Assembly: GCF_004804185.1 (NCBI RefSeq)
Contig: NZ_CP039404.1
Direction: 5' to 3' (one strand)
Origin: Escherichia coli
Lineage (GTDB): Bacteria; Pseudomonadota; Gammaproteobacteria; Enterobacterales; Enterobacteriaceae
Length of the DNA: 32,000 nucleotides
This document shows positions 1 to 18,795 of the stretch, piece after piece (the first letter of the stretch is position 1; each line of letters starts with the position of its first letter). The notes beneath the pieces were generated by a model. The model was not told the DNA's origin. It saw only the letters and a list, made by a program, of their open reading frames with translations, and ran no database searches. A program made the translations under genes and the position numbers.

Positions 1-47
1 CACCTGATGCATACGATATGCCTTAAATGCGGCACGAAAGGCTGTCA
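1..47 (-). CDS. probable 5' end of fimbrial usher gene (partial, runs off window)
   Basis: ATG at 45-47 on the minus strand, 42 nt downstream of the chaperone stop, reading MTAFRAAFKAYRMHQV. Its position follows the usual order major subunit, chaperone, usher. Too short for similarity evidence. Confidence 0.3.
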
Positions 48-89
48 TTTTTAATCCCGATTGAGTTTATTATTAATTAGGTCACTGGC

Positions 90-809
90 TTACTGCATGG
101 TTGCCTTAATACGCGGAGTTAATGCACCGTAATCATTGATTGTCTGAAAACTGATATCCCCGGTTACAGCATGCGGGATATCCACCGATACTTCACCTTT
201 TGGCGGCACCATGGTGTTTGGGAGATTGCTATTTCCTGCTTTCATATTTGTTACGGTAATGAAGTAGGGCGTTGGATTAATAAGAGTGAGTTTGCTACCG
301 CTGCGACGAAACCGAAGCATTGCAGGCGCTTCTTCAGGTGCCATTGCCAGATGCGTGGGGCGATAAAACATTTTTATGCGGCTAATAATTGCCAGCTGTA
401 ATGTATTCTCATTCTTCTGGTCTTTTTCCATAGCAGGGATAGCTTTAACATTAACCCAGAACAGGCTTTCACGGTCGCCTGGTAACTGATGATTAGTGGC
501 GTTGATTATCCGAAGCGTATTCTCTTTTTTACCTTGCATGGAAAAAAGCGGTGGGGTAATGACAAACTGGGTATCTTTCTGGTCACCCGCATTTTCTATC
601 CATGACTGAATGAGATAGACACTGGCAGGATCATTATTCGTGACAGGCAATAAAACCTGTTTCTGGTTTGCCGGATAAATTACCCGCGTCGCACCAAGTG
701 CGACAGCTGCGTTGGCAATGGTGCTATGGCAAGCAAAGAGCAATAAAAGTAACACTGTCGCCATAAAGGAAACAGAGTAGGGGGTACGCGTAGTTTGCAT
801 CTGATGCAT
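90..809 (-). CDS. periplasmic fimbrial chaperone (PapD/FimC-like) of yde/F9-type operon
   Basis: 239-aa ORF with a signal peptide ending in ANA-AV. It has typical chaperone motifs (ATRVIYP, LIQSWIE, LFWVNVKAIP, RIKMFYRP). Alternative starts at 800 or 764 are possible. Confidence 0.85.
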   Translation of the reverse strand: MHQMQTTRTPYSVSFMATVLLLLLFACHSTIANAAVALGATRVIYPANQKQVLLPVTNNDPASVYLIQSWIENAGDQKDTQFVITPPLFSMQGKKENTLRIINATNHQLPGDRESLFWVNVKAIPAMEKDQKNENTLQLAIISRIKMFYRPTHLAMAPEEAPAMLRFRRSGSKLTLINPTPYFITVTNMKAGNSNLPNTMVPPKGEVSVDIPHAVTGDISFQTINDYGALTPRIKATMQ

Positions 810-1161
810 TCTCCATGTGTTAAGAGGATAAGCGGGGAAACCGTTACATCAGACAATCGGTAAATATTGCTAATGCATTGGCGAGTCGCCGGTTTTCCAG
901 ACTTAATGCGTTTGTAATAAATGTTGGTTCTCTTTTGATAGGAAAACCTTGCTACCAAGTAAATATTTTAAATAACAGCAAGTTTAACTACTGTTGTTTA
1001 TTGATCGTTTAGATATTATGTGATTTTTCATACCGCTCCAAAATACAAACCATTTTTCATTAATAATGAGATGAACATTGGTGAATTTCTCGGGTGTGCG
1101 TAGCCATGCCACACACACCCTGTTTCAATTTCAGATGACGCATAGTCACCTTAAGAGTGAA

Positions 1162-1725
1162 TTATAGATATTGAACTTTGAAGGTCGCATCAGCGTTTGC
1201 AGTACCAGCTACTGACTGCCCGAGAGCAATATAACGAGCCTGGAACGGCAGTATATTCGTGCCATCAATCAAGTCAGTTTTAGCGCTAAAAGTAGCACCA
1301 TCAAGTACTAATACCTCCCCTGTACGGTCCAAAATTTGGATACCGACATTTTGGGCAGAGCCTGCCGCTGAACTCTGCAGCGCTAATGTATCGTCATTAC
1401 TGGTGACAGTAGTACCCAGGAATGCAACAGCTGCATTACTGGAAACATTGGTATCACAATCATTCAGCTTGATATTGAAGCCAACGGCGGAGCTGAGGTC
1501 ACCCGCTTTAGCCAGGCGAGAAGAACGAACCTGACCCAGCTCAACCGTTTGGTTCATTGATTCTGAATCAATCGCACAAGCGGCATTTACCACTTCACCT
1601 TTAAAATGAATTACACCGCCATTAACAGTGGTCGTTACTGATTCATCACCCTCGGCTGCGCTTACCGCAGCAGACGACATCGCCAACACAGAAACGACAA
1701 TAATACCGACATGTTTGAGTTTCAT
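1162..1725 (-). CDS. fimbrial major subunit (FimA-family pilin)
   Basis: I chose the internal ATG at 1723-1725, which is preceded by GGAG. The product starts [23 protein letters not shown] (signal peptide), has a Cys pair and a C-terminal pilin beta-strand motif ATFKVQYL. The 203-aa ORF in the track is over-extended at its N-terminus. Confidence 0.85.
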   Translation of the reverse strand: MKLKHVGIIVVSVLAMSSAAVSAAEGDESVTTTVNGGVIHFKGEVVNAACAIDSESMNQTVELGQVRSSRLAKAGDLSSAVGFNIKLNDCDTNVSSNAAVAFLGTTVTSNDDTLALQSSAAGSAQNVGIQILDRTGEVLVLDGATFSAKTDLIDGTNILPFQARYIALGQSVAGTANADATFKVQYL

Positions 1726-2085
1726 AATTCTCCAAAATTTATATTTAAGTAGCTGAATAAAGAGAGTTAACAATTAAGTTATTCTGTTATTGCTTATAAA
1801 AAAAGATCTTTAAATTACAAGGACACCTATTCACAACAAGTTTATTGCTGCACTTGTTGTAGAGAGTATTTGTAAAAACATTTTATGTCGCTAAATAACA
1901 TGACGATTTCATTATGCATGTTATTTATAAACAGCGACTAAACAGAATATTATTGCGAACAAGGGAAGTGTCAGGAAAGGTCAAGAGGTACTAATAGTTT
2001 ATATGGCTATAAACATTAGCTATGGTTAATGTTTGCCTGGTCTAACTAACACGGAATTGCTCTAAACAGATAAGTGCAGGGTTTA

Positions 2086-2340
2086 TTAAAGCTGACCGAC
2101 AGACTTTCTTAACCTGGTAATATCTCTCTTAGGTGACTCTCCAAACATCCGCGAATATTCCCGACTGAAATGGGATAAGCTTTCGTAACCGACAGCATAG
2201 GCTGCAGTGGTGACATCGTAATGTTCATTCAGCATCAGTCGCCTGGCTTCATTGAGGCCTAGCCATTTCCGATACCGGAGTGAACTCATTCCCGCAAGCT
2301 GTCTGAAGTGTTGATGGAAAGAGGGGGTGTTCATTTGCAC
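2086..2340 (-). pseudogene. yneL: AraC-family regulator, C-terminal HTH fragment only
   Basis: The 84-aa ORF covers only the second HTH of an AraC/XylS DNA-binding domain (FHQHFRQLAGMSSLRYRKWLGLNEARRLM...YESLSHFSREYSRMFG). It has a GTG start and no N-terminal domain. Its position next to dif and hipA matches K-12 yneL. Confidence 0.7.
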
Positions 2341-2439
2341 GCGGTTTGCCAGCCTGACTCTTCAACGCTGAGAAGATGCGGCAAACGGCAAACCTGCATA
2401 CCAGCCAGCCTATATCCGGTATGCACAGGCCAATTATGA

Positions 2440-3857
<1,418 letters not shown>

Positions 3858-3873
3858 TTATGTCTGTTCCGTT

Positions 3874-3945
3874 CTCTTCCGCTTCCTCGTTTATTCGCTC
3901 ACTACGTTCGGTCATAAACCTGCGGCGAGCGGTGGCGGCTCTCTC
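3874..3945 (-). other. candidate primosome assembly site (PriA/factor Y, n'-type ssi), possible minus-strand origin
   Basis: Lies in the intergenic region between gI and gIV. The blocks CTCTTCCGCTTCCTCG (3874-3889), CGCTCACT (3896-3903), GTTCGG (3906-3911) and CTGCGGCGAGCGGT (3920-3933) are collinear with the pMB1/ColE1 sequence GCTCTTCCGCTTCCTCGCTCACTGACTCGCTGCGCTCGGTCGTTCGGCTGCGGCGAGCGGTATCAGCTC. The coding (minus) strand carries GAAGCGGAAGAG. Confidence 0.45.
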
Positions 3946-5525
<1,580 letters not shown>

Positions 5526-5527
5526 AA

Positions 5528-7114
5528 CTAGACCTCAGCATGACGCATCAGTGCACGACGATAAACAAAATAAAGCCGAAAAATAGTCAATACATAAATA
5601 AAATATTCAAGAACAGGCCTCAACAACAAATCATATGCTGATGAAAAATCGGTTGTGTCAATTGAAAAATGCACAACCCCAATCACAGGAAGAGAAAATG
5701 AAAAATTAACCTCAATAGGTTGCGCACCTATTTGCCGTTGTTGTTGAGAAGGGAAAAATAACTTATCAAAATCAATAAACAACCACTCCTTCGGTAACTT
5801 ATCAATAAATCCAGAAATTAAAGAATCATAATCATCTGTTGAATCTTCATCATCACTATTGACAATATCTTTCAACTGGTCATCAAAAGTATTCAGTGCA
5901 TTATTTACATCAGTCTGAGAAAAAGAAAATACACTGTTCAGATCATTCACTGAACTCCAGATTCTCTGCAACCAGCCAAGAATATCACCAAGCCAGCCAT
6001 CATCATCACCGGAAGTGCTGCCACTGGATGAACCACCGGAAGTACTGCCACTGGATGAACCGCCGGAAGTACTGCCACCGGACGAACCGCCGGAAGTGCT
6101 GCCACCGGATGAACCACCGGAAGTGCTGCCGCCGGAAGTGCTGCCGCCGGACGAACCGCCGGAAGTGCTGCCACTGGATGATCCACCGGAAGTGCTGCCA
6201 CCGGAGGAACCGCCGGAAGTGCTGCCACCGGAGGAACCGCCGGAAGTGCTGCCACCGGATGAACCGCCGGAAGTGCTGCCACCGGATGAACCGCCAGAAG
6301 TGCTACCACCGGATGAACCGCCAGAAGTGCTGCCACCGGACGAACCGCCGGAAGTGCTGCCGCCGGACGAACCGCCGGAAGTACTGCCACCAGATGAACC
6401 GCCGGAAGTACTGCCACCGGAAGAACCGCCGGAAGTACTGCCGCCGGAGGAACCGCCAGAAGTGCTGCCACCGGACGAACCGCCGGAATTATCACCACCG
6501 TCAGTATTACCGTTATTCCCTTTATCATCAGTATCTCCGCTATCACCTTTATCTTCTGTATCTTCTTTATCAGAATAAGCCGGATCAACAGTTACAGGTT
6601 TCCAGGTAGCGGTACAAGAATCTGTACCATCGGGACAAATAATAGCAACACCCGTTGCCTCATAAATGCATCCATGAATGGTGACATATTTATTCCCTTT
6701 ATCATCCTTATAAACACCTGACAAAGAAACATTACTAAGCTCAGGACGGGATAAACAAACCTCTTCCGTGGGTTTAGCTGAATACGAAGCACCAAAATAT
6801 TGACCGTAAAAGCTATCCTTACACTGAGAATAAACCTTAACACCATCCTCAAAATGGTAAGACTTATAAGAGATCCAGTTACCTGTAACCAGTAAAAATG
6901 GCATACCCAAAAGATGATTAGTATCGCTGTAAGACGTAGTACAATAAAACGTATCACCTGAGCAGGATGCATATCCAGTAGTACAGGGTGGAGCTACACC
7001 GGCCCTTGCAACACGGGTACCGGAACCTGCATCACCAAGAAATTCTGTCGTTGAAGCTGCATATGCAGAATTAAATGAAAAAACAGCAACAAGGAAAATA
7101 AATATATATGCCAA
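5528..7114 (-). CDS. pIII-like adsorption (receptor-binding) minor coat protein
   Basis: 528-aa ORF with signal peptide MAYIFIFLVAVFSFNSAYA and a Cys-rich N-terminal domain. A long Gly/Ser linker follows (about 18 copies of GGSSGGSTS), then a C-terminal hydrophobic anchor. It lies directly after the coat-gene terminator, as in Ff. Confidence 0.7.
   Translation of the reverse strand: MAYIFIFLVAVFSFNSAYAASTTEFLGDAGSGTRVARAGVAPPCTTGYASCSGDTFYCTTSYSDTNHLLGMPFLLVTGNWISYKSYHFEDGVKVYSQCKDSFYGQYFGASYSAKPTEEVCLSRPELSNVSLSGVYKDDKGNKYVTIHGCIYEATGVAIICPDGTDSCTATWKPVTVDPAYSDKEDTEDKGDSGDTDDKGNNGNTDGGDNSGGSSGGSTSGGSSGGSTSGGSSGGSTSGGSSGGSTSGGSSGGSTSGGSSGGSTSGGSSGGSTSGGSSGGSTSGGSSGGSTSGGSSGGSTSGGSSGGSTSGGSSSGSTSGGSSGGSTSGGSTSGGSSGGSTSGGSSGGSTSGGSSSGSTSGGSSSGSTSGDDDGWLGDILGWLQRIWSSVNDLNSVFSFSQTDVNNALNTFDDQLKDIVNSDDEDSTDDYDSLISGFIDKLPKEWLFIDFDKLFFPSQQQRQIGAQPIEVNFSFSLPVIGVVHFSIDTTDFSSAYDLLLRPVLEYFIYVLTIFRLYFVYRRALMRHAEV
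6008..6486 (-). repeat. 27-bp tandem repeat array (about 18 units) encoding the GGSSGGSTS linker of the pIII-like protein
   Basis: The unit GGAAGTGCTGCCACCGGATGAACCGCC and close variants is visibly reiterated. All other frames stay open across it for lack of stop codons. Confidence 0.9.
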
Positions 7115-7133
7115 GACTCACCCCCTGAATAAG

Positions 7134-7158
7134 CAAAAAAAGCGCCCCGCAGGGCGCT
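7134..7158 (-). terminator. rho-independent terminator after major coat gene
   Basis: The minus strand reads AGCGCCC-tgcg-GGGCGCT followed by TTTTTTT, 16 nt after the coat stop. The position is analogous to the Ff gVIII terminator. Confidence 0.85.
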
Positions 7159-7173
7159 GTTGTTAAATAACTA

Positions 7174-7434
<261 letters not shown>

Positions 7435-7441
7435 TTAAAAA

Positions 7442-7612
7442 TTAATTAACAACATCGCTGAACATCCGGCAGACCAGAGTGAAAATAACACCAAGGCCAA
7501 AACCAAGAAGCCAGCAGACAATCCAGACATACAGAACGGCCCAGTAAAGCTCCCCGTCCTGTACACCAGAATTTATTGCGGATAAAACACCGCTGAAATC
7601 GAATTCAGTCAT
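7442..7612 (-). CDS. small hydrophobic protein (pVII/pIX-like minor coat candidate)
   Basis: 56 aa from the ATG at 7610-7612, which overlaps the upstream stop (ATGACTGA coupling). It has one TM segment, WAVLYVWIVCWLLGFGLGVIFTLV. Confidence 0.5.
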   Translation of the reverse strand: MTEFDFSGVLSAINSGVQDGELYWAVLYVWIVCWLLGFGLGVIFTLVCRMFSDVVN

Positions 7613-7745
7613 AATAACGCTGAACAGTAATGATTTGTGAGTCACAGGCGCGAATCAGTTTTATTCCGATGCCAAAACCTGAAGAGAATAAAATCATTGC
7701 AGGCGCAGCGAATAAAACAAAGTTAAGAAAATCAGCGTCAGACAT
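7605..7745 (-). CDS. small hydrophobic protein (pVII/pIX-like minor coat candidate)
   Basis: 46 aa from the ATG at 7743-7745, 4 nt after the upstream stop. It has one TM segment, FLNFVLFAAPAMILFSSGFGIGI. The 64-aa ORF in the track is over-extended. Confidence 0.45.
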   Translation of the reverse strand: MSDADFLNFVLFAAPAMILFSSGFGIGIKLIRACDSQIITVQRYYD

Positions 7746-7749
7746 ATCA

Positions 7750-8118
7750 TCAGCCTTTTTCTTTACCTGCGGGCAGTGCACCCAGTGGCTGACCGTCAAA
7801 ACGTTTCATGGAGCCGGAAATAAAACGATACCAGACGCCATGACGTTCAGAGCCTGTTGCCCATGAATTCACATCCACCGTGAGATAAACAGGTTTACCC
7901 TTCAGGTCAGGACATGAATTAAAAAATTTAAAATCCTCCTCAGTACAGGAAAAGCGCTCATGCTCCTCACGACGGACTTTTAATTTTTTGTCCTCATACG
8001 GATAGGCAATAACAATGGCATATTTGGGTTTAGCCTCAGGGTTATAATGAGTACCACCGGGCTTTAACTCCTCATCATTTATAACAGTGGCGTGAATAAA
8101 ATATCCCGCCATTGTCAT
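7750..8118 (-). CDS. hypothetical protein in gV position (possible ssDNA-binding protein); N-terminus shortened relative to copy 2
   Basis: 122-aa ORF. In copy 2 the same gene reads 141 aa from an ATG with a GAGGAG RBS (equivalent to 8174-8176 here). An extra G in the run at 8144-8146 breaks that start in copy 1. The function is inferred only from its position after Rep. Confidence 0.4.
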   Translation of the reverse strand: MTMAGYFIHATVINDEELKPGGTHYNPEAKPKYAIVIAYPYEDKKLKVRREEHERFSCTEEDFKFFNSCPDLKGKPVYLTVDVNSWATGSERHGVWYRFISGSMKRFDGQPLGALPAGKEKG

Positions 8119-8206
8119 ACCTGCGGTAAAACCATCAGGGGAAGGGAAACGGAAAGCTGTCGTAAATTTGATTCATAAATCAGACTCCTCAATGTTAAAA
8201 ATTCAG

Positions 8207-10306
<2,100 letters not shown>

Positions 10307-10318
10307 GGAGATGGGCGA

Positions 10319-10501
10319 ATGAAAAGAAAGGCAATAGCAATTACAGAATCAACATATCTGGATATTACTAGAATAGCCCTTGAGATAAGCCAAAAAACAG
10401 GGCAAATAGTTACATGGTCGGAAGTTGTACACTTTATGATAAAAAACTACTTAAACGACGCAAAACAAGACATGATCCACCAAAGAAACCAAAAAAAATA
10501 A
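10319..10501 (+). CDS. small DNA-binding regulator, probable phage repressor (ribbon-helix-helix-like)
   Basis: 60-aa ORF transcribed divergently from Rep, with a GGAG RBS. The pattern is an N-terminal beta-strand-like KAIAITEST followed by two amphipathic helices. The function is inferred from position and size. Confidence 0.5.
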   Translation: MKRKAIAITESTYLDITRIALEISQKTGQIVTWSEVVHFMIKNYLNDAKQDMIHQRNQKK

Positions 10502-10543
10502 CATCGTAGTTACCTATAGATACGAAGATTGCTAAGAAGCAAT

Positions 10544-10699
10544 ATGCAGACAACCAGTGACTTAATTCTTGACCTGCTGATAAAGCATTTTGTTGTGGAT
10601 AGCATTACAGGCATGACGATGTTCGGCCTGATAACGCTTGTTCTTCCGTTGGTGATGACCATACACGACAAAATGAACAGGCGCACAGACTCCTTTTAA
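10544..10699 (+). CDS. possible 51-aa small membrane peptide (below ORF-track cutoff)
   Basis: Reads ATG...TAA as MQTTSDLILDLLIKHFVVDSITGMTMFGLITLVLPLVMTIHDKMNRRTDSF, with one TM segment and a basic tail. The RBS is weak and a 6-bp hairpin at 10528-10543 abuts the ATG. It is conserved in both copies, which are near-identical anyway. Confidence 0.25.
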   Translation: MQTTSDLILDLLIKHFVVDSITGMTMFGLITLVLPLVMTIHDKMNRRTDSF

Positions 10700-12111
<1,412 letters not shown>

Positions 12112-12127
12112 TTATGTCTGTTCCGTT

Positions 12128-12199
12128 CTCTTCCGCTTCCTCGTTTATTCGCTCACTACGTTCGGTCATAAACCTGCGGCGAGCGGTGGCGGCTCTCTC
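12128..12199 (-). other. candidate primosome assembly site (copy 2)
   Basis: Same sequence as 3874-3945. Confidence 0.45.
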
Positions 12200-13411
<1,212 letters not shown>

Positions 13412-13414
13412 AAA

Positions 13415-13777
13415 TTATACTCCTGAAACTTTTCCTGATATAAATAATCGAATGTAACGATAAATACGATCCTTTGAATGGAAAAGAAAAGAAATAAAAT
13501 CAGCCGCAAGAACAAGATTCGCACAAAATGTAAAGTTATGAGGTAAATAACTGAACGCAACAATAAGATATCTGTTCATAACCGCAGAAGAAGAAACCGT
13601 ATCAATAACAGCATTGGCTGCAACGATAAAACTTACAGCCAAAGAAATCGACATAAAAAGATACGTTAACGTACCTGTATAAGAAAAAACAGAAGGGAAT
13701 TTATTCCTGAGAAAAGGAAGTAATCTCCTAAAAATAATAAGAACAAAAGAATAAATAAACTGTATAAAAACAACCAT
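13415..13777 (-). CDS. pVI-like minor coat / membrane protein (copy 2)
   Basis: Identical to the copy-1 gene. Confidence 0.55.
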   Translation of the reverse strand: MVVFIQFIYSFVLIIFRRLLPFLRNKFPSVFSYTGTLTYLFMSISLAVSFIVAANAVIDTVSSSAVMNRYLIVAFSYLPHNFTFCANLVLAADFISFLFHSKDRIYRYIRLFISGKVSGV

Positions 13778-13779
13778 AA

Positions 13780-15367
13780 CTAGACCTCAGCATGACGCAT
13801 CAGTGCACGACGATAAACAAAATAAAGCCGAAAAATAGTCAATACATAAATAAAATATTCAAGAACAGGCCTCAACAACAAATCATATGCTGATGAAAAA
13901 TCGGTTGTGTCAATTGAAAAATGCACAACCCCAATCACAGGAAGAGAAAATGAAAAATTAACCTCAATAGGTTGCGCACCTATTTGCCGTTGTTGTTGAG
14001 AAGGGAAAAATAACTTATCAAAATCAATAAACAACCACTCCTTCGGTAACTTATCAATAAATCCAGAAATTAAAGAATCATAATCATCTGTTGAATCTTC
14101 ATCATCACTATTGACAATATCTTTCAACTGGTCATCAAAAGTATTCAGTGCATTATTTACATCAGTCTGAGAAAAAGAAAATACACTGTTCAGATCATTC
14201 ACTGAACTCCAGATTCTCTGCAACCAGCCAAGAATATCACCAAGCCAGCCATCATCATCACCGGAAGTGCTGCCACTGGATGAACCACCGGAAGTACTGC
14301 CACTGGATGAACCGCCGGAAGTACTGCCACCGGACGAACCGCCGGAAGTGCTGCCACCGGATGAACCACCGGAAGTGCTGCCGCCGGAAGTGCTGCCGCC
14401 GGACGAACCGCCGGAAGTGCTGCCACTGGATGATCCACCGGAAGTGCTGCCACCGGAGGAACCGCCGGAAGTGCTGCCACCGGAGGAACCGCCGGAAGTG
14501 CTGCCACCGGATGAACCGCCGGAAGTGCTGCCACCGGATGAACCGCCAGAAGTGCTACCACCGGATGAACCGCCAGAAGTGCTGCCACCGGACGAACCGC
14601 CGGAAGTGCTGCCGCCGGACGAACCGCCGGAAGTACTGCCACCAGATGAACCGCCGGAAGTACTGCCACCGGAAGAACCGCCGGAAGTACTGCCGCCGGA
14701 GGAACCGCCAGAAGTGCTGCCACCGGACGAACCGCCGGAATTATCACCACCGTCAGTATTACCGTTATTCCCTTTATCATCAGTATCTCCGCTATCACCT
14801 TTATCTTCTGTATCTTCTTTATCAGAATAAGCCGGATCAACAGTTACAGGTTTCCAGGTAGCGGTACAAGAATCTGTACCATCGGGACAAATAATAGCAA
14901 CACCCGTTGCCTCATAAATGCATCCATGAATGGTGACATATTTATTCCCTTTATCATCCTTATAAACACCTGACAAAGAAACATTACTAAGCTCAGGACG
15001 GGATAAACAAACCTCTTCCGTGGGTTTAGCTGAATACGAAGCACCAAAATATTGACCGTAAAAGCTATCCTTACACTGAGAATAAACCTTAACACCATCC
15101 CTCAAAATGGTAAGACTTATAAGAGATCCAGTTACCTGTAACCAGTAAAAATGGCATACCCAAAAGATGATTAGTATCGCTGTAAGACGTAGTACAATAA
15201 AACGTATCACCTGAGCAGGATGCATATCCAGTAGTACAGGGTGGAGCTACACCGGCCCTTGCAACACGGGTACCGGAACCTGCATCACCAAGAAATTCTG
15301 TCGTTGAAGCTGCATATGCAGAATTAAATGAAAAAACAGCAACAAGGAAAATAAATATATATGCCAA
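13780..15367 (-). pseudogene. pIII-like adsorption protein, frameshifted (copy 2)
   Basis: An extra C (CCC at 15099-15101, against CC at 6847-6848) splits the gene into ORFs 15089-15367 and 13780-15225. Confidence 0.75.
14260..14738 (-). repeat. 27-bp tandem repeat array (copy 2)
   Basis: Same length and sequence as the array at 6008-6486. Confidence 0.9.
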
Positions 15368-15386
15368 GACTCACCCCCTGAATAAG

Positions 15387-15411
15387 CAAAAAAAGCGCCC
15401 CGCAGGGCGCT
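15387..15411 (-). terminator. rho-independent terminator after coat gene (copy 2)
   Basis: Same hairpin and T-run as at 7134-7158. Confidence 0.85.
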
Positions 15412-15426
15412 GTTGTTAAATAACTA

Positions 15427-15668
15427 TCAGGTTGCGCGGGAAAGGAAGCCTTTAATGATACCGATACCCAGACGGGCAGCGAGTGAAACACCAAGAACGG
15501 CAAATGCAGCCGTACCTGCAATGCCAATAACACTGGTAATGGCTGTGCCAATTTCACCAACCGAATCAGGGGTAATAAAGGAAGGAACAGTAACCGCAGC
15601 AGAAGCCGAAGACGACATTACAATACCTGCCGTGGTCAGTCCCGATAATACCGGGTTTTTACTTTCAT
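15427..15668 (-). pseudogene. major coat protein, frameshifted near codon 6 (copy 2)
   Basis: The A at copy-1 position 7400 is missing between 15652 and 15653. The ATG at 15666-15668 therefore goes out of frame, and the remaining ORF (15427-15618) lacks most of the signal peptide. Confidence 0.7.
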
Positions 15669-15693
15669 AAAATTCCTCTTTGACGATTAAAAA

Positions 15694-15864
15694 TTAATTA
15701 ACAACATCGCTGAACATCCGGCAGACCAGAGTGAAAATAACACCAAGGCCAAAACCAAGAAGCCAGCAGACAATCCAGACATACAGAACGGCCCAGTAAA
15801 GCTCCCCGTCCTGTACACCAGAATTTATTGCGGATAAAACACCGCTGAAATCGAATTCAGTCAT
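15694..15864 (-). CDS. small hydrophobic protein (copy 2)
   Basis: Identical to 7442-7612. Confidence 0.5.
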   Translation of the reverse strand: MTEFDFSGVLSAINSGVQDGELYWAVLYVWIVCWLLGFGLGVIFTLVCRMFSDVVN

Positions 15865-15997
15865 AATAACGCTGAACAGTAATGATTTGTGAGTCACAGG
15901 CGCGAATCAGTTTTATTCCGATGCCAAAACCTGAAGAGAATAAAATCATTGCAGGCGCAGCGAATAAAACAAAGTTAAGAAAATCAGCGTCAGACAT
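15857..15997 (-). CDS. small hydrophobic protein (copy 2)
   Basis: Identical to 7605-7745. Confidence 0.45.
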   Translation of the reverse strand: MSDADFLNFVLFAAPAMILFSSGFGIGIKLIRACDSQIITVQRYYD

Positions 15998-16001
15998 ATC
16001 A

Positions 16002-16427
16002 TCAGCCTTTTTCTTTACCTGCGGGCAGTGCACCCAGTGGCTGACCGTCAAAACGTTTCATGGAGCCGGAAATAAAACGATACCAGACGCCATGACGTTC
16101 AGAGCCTGTTGCCCATGAATTCACATCCACCGTGAGATAAACAGGTTTACCCTTCAGGTCAGGACATGAATTAAAAAATTTAAAATCCTCCTCAGTACAG
16201 GAAAAGCGCTCATGCTCCTCACGACGGACTTTTAATTTTTTGTCCTCATACGGATAGGCAATAACAATGGCATATTTGGGTTTAGCCTCAGGGTTATAAT
16301 GAGTACCACCGGGCTTTAACTCCTCATCATTTATAACAGTGGCGTGAATAAAATATCCCGCCATTGTCATACCTGCGGTAAAACCATCAGGGGAAGGAAA
16401 CGGAAAGCTGTCGTAAATTTGATTCAT
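16002..16427 (-). CDS. hypothetical protein in gV position (possible ssDNA-binding protein), full-length form
   Basis: 141 aa. The ATG is preceded by GAGGAG with 8-nt spacing, 31 nt after the Rep stop. Confidence 0.5.
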   Translation of the reverse strand: MNQIYDSFPFPSPDGFTAGMTMAGYFIHATVINDEELKPGGTHYNPEAKPKYAIVIAYPYEDKKLKVRREEHERFSCTEEDFKFFNSCPDLKGKPVYLTVDVNSWATGSERHGVWYRFISGSMKRFDGQPLGALPAGKEKG

Positions 16428-16457
16428 AAATCAGACTCCTCAATGTTAAAAATTCAG

Positions 16458-18558
<2,101 letters not shown>

Positions 18559-18570
18559 GGAGATGGGCGA

Positions 18571-18753
18571 ATGAAAAGAAAGGCAATAGCAATTACAGAA
18601 TCAACATATCTGGATATTACTAGAATAGCCCTTGAGATAAGCCAAAAAACAGGGCAAATAGTTACATGGTCGGAAGTTGTACACTTTATGATAAAAAACT
18701 ACTTAAACGACGCAAAACAAGACATGATCCACCAAAGAAACCAAAAAAAATAA
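18571..18753 (+). CDS. small DNA-binding regulator, probable phage repressor (copy 2)
   Basis: Identical to 10319-10501. Confidence 0.5.
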   Translation: MKRKAIAITESTYLDITRIALEISQKTGQIVTWSEVVHFMIKNYLNDAKQDMIHQRNQKK

Positions 18754-18795
18754 CATCGTAGTTACCTATAGATACGAAGATTGCTAAGAAGCAAT

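Noticed and set aside
1092-1120. Hairpin GGGTGTG...CACACCC downstream of the pilin gene, a possible intra-operon attenuator.
   Set aside because: There is no T-run on the transcribed (minus) strand and the loop is long (15 nt). I could not support a terminator call.
6008-6486. Could the regular 27-bp repeats be a CRISPR array?
   Set aside because: The repeats are contiguous with no spacers. They lie in frame within a coding sequence and encode a Gly/Ser linker.
5896-6609. Long ORFs in three other frames across the pIII-like repeat region (5896-6609 +, 5947-6588 -, 6015-6578 +, and their copy-2 twins).
   Set aside because: They are artefacts of a 27-bp periodic repeat that lacks stop codons in any frame. 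Their products are low-complexity (RRKCCH, PPEVL and AALPAV repeats) and they have no RBS or independent support.
8138-8145. KOPS-like octamer GGGAAGGG on the plus strand inside the prophage. It would point away from the dif at 2517-2544. It overlaps one of the indel sites and is absent from copy 2.
   Set aside because: It is a single occurrence. No orientation bias can be assessed from one motif in a 32-kb window.
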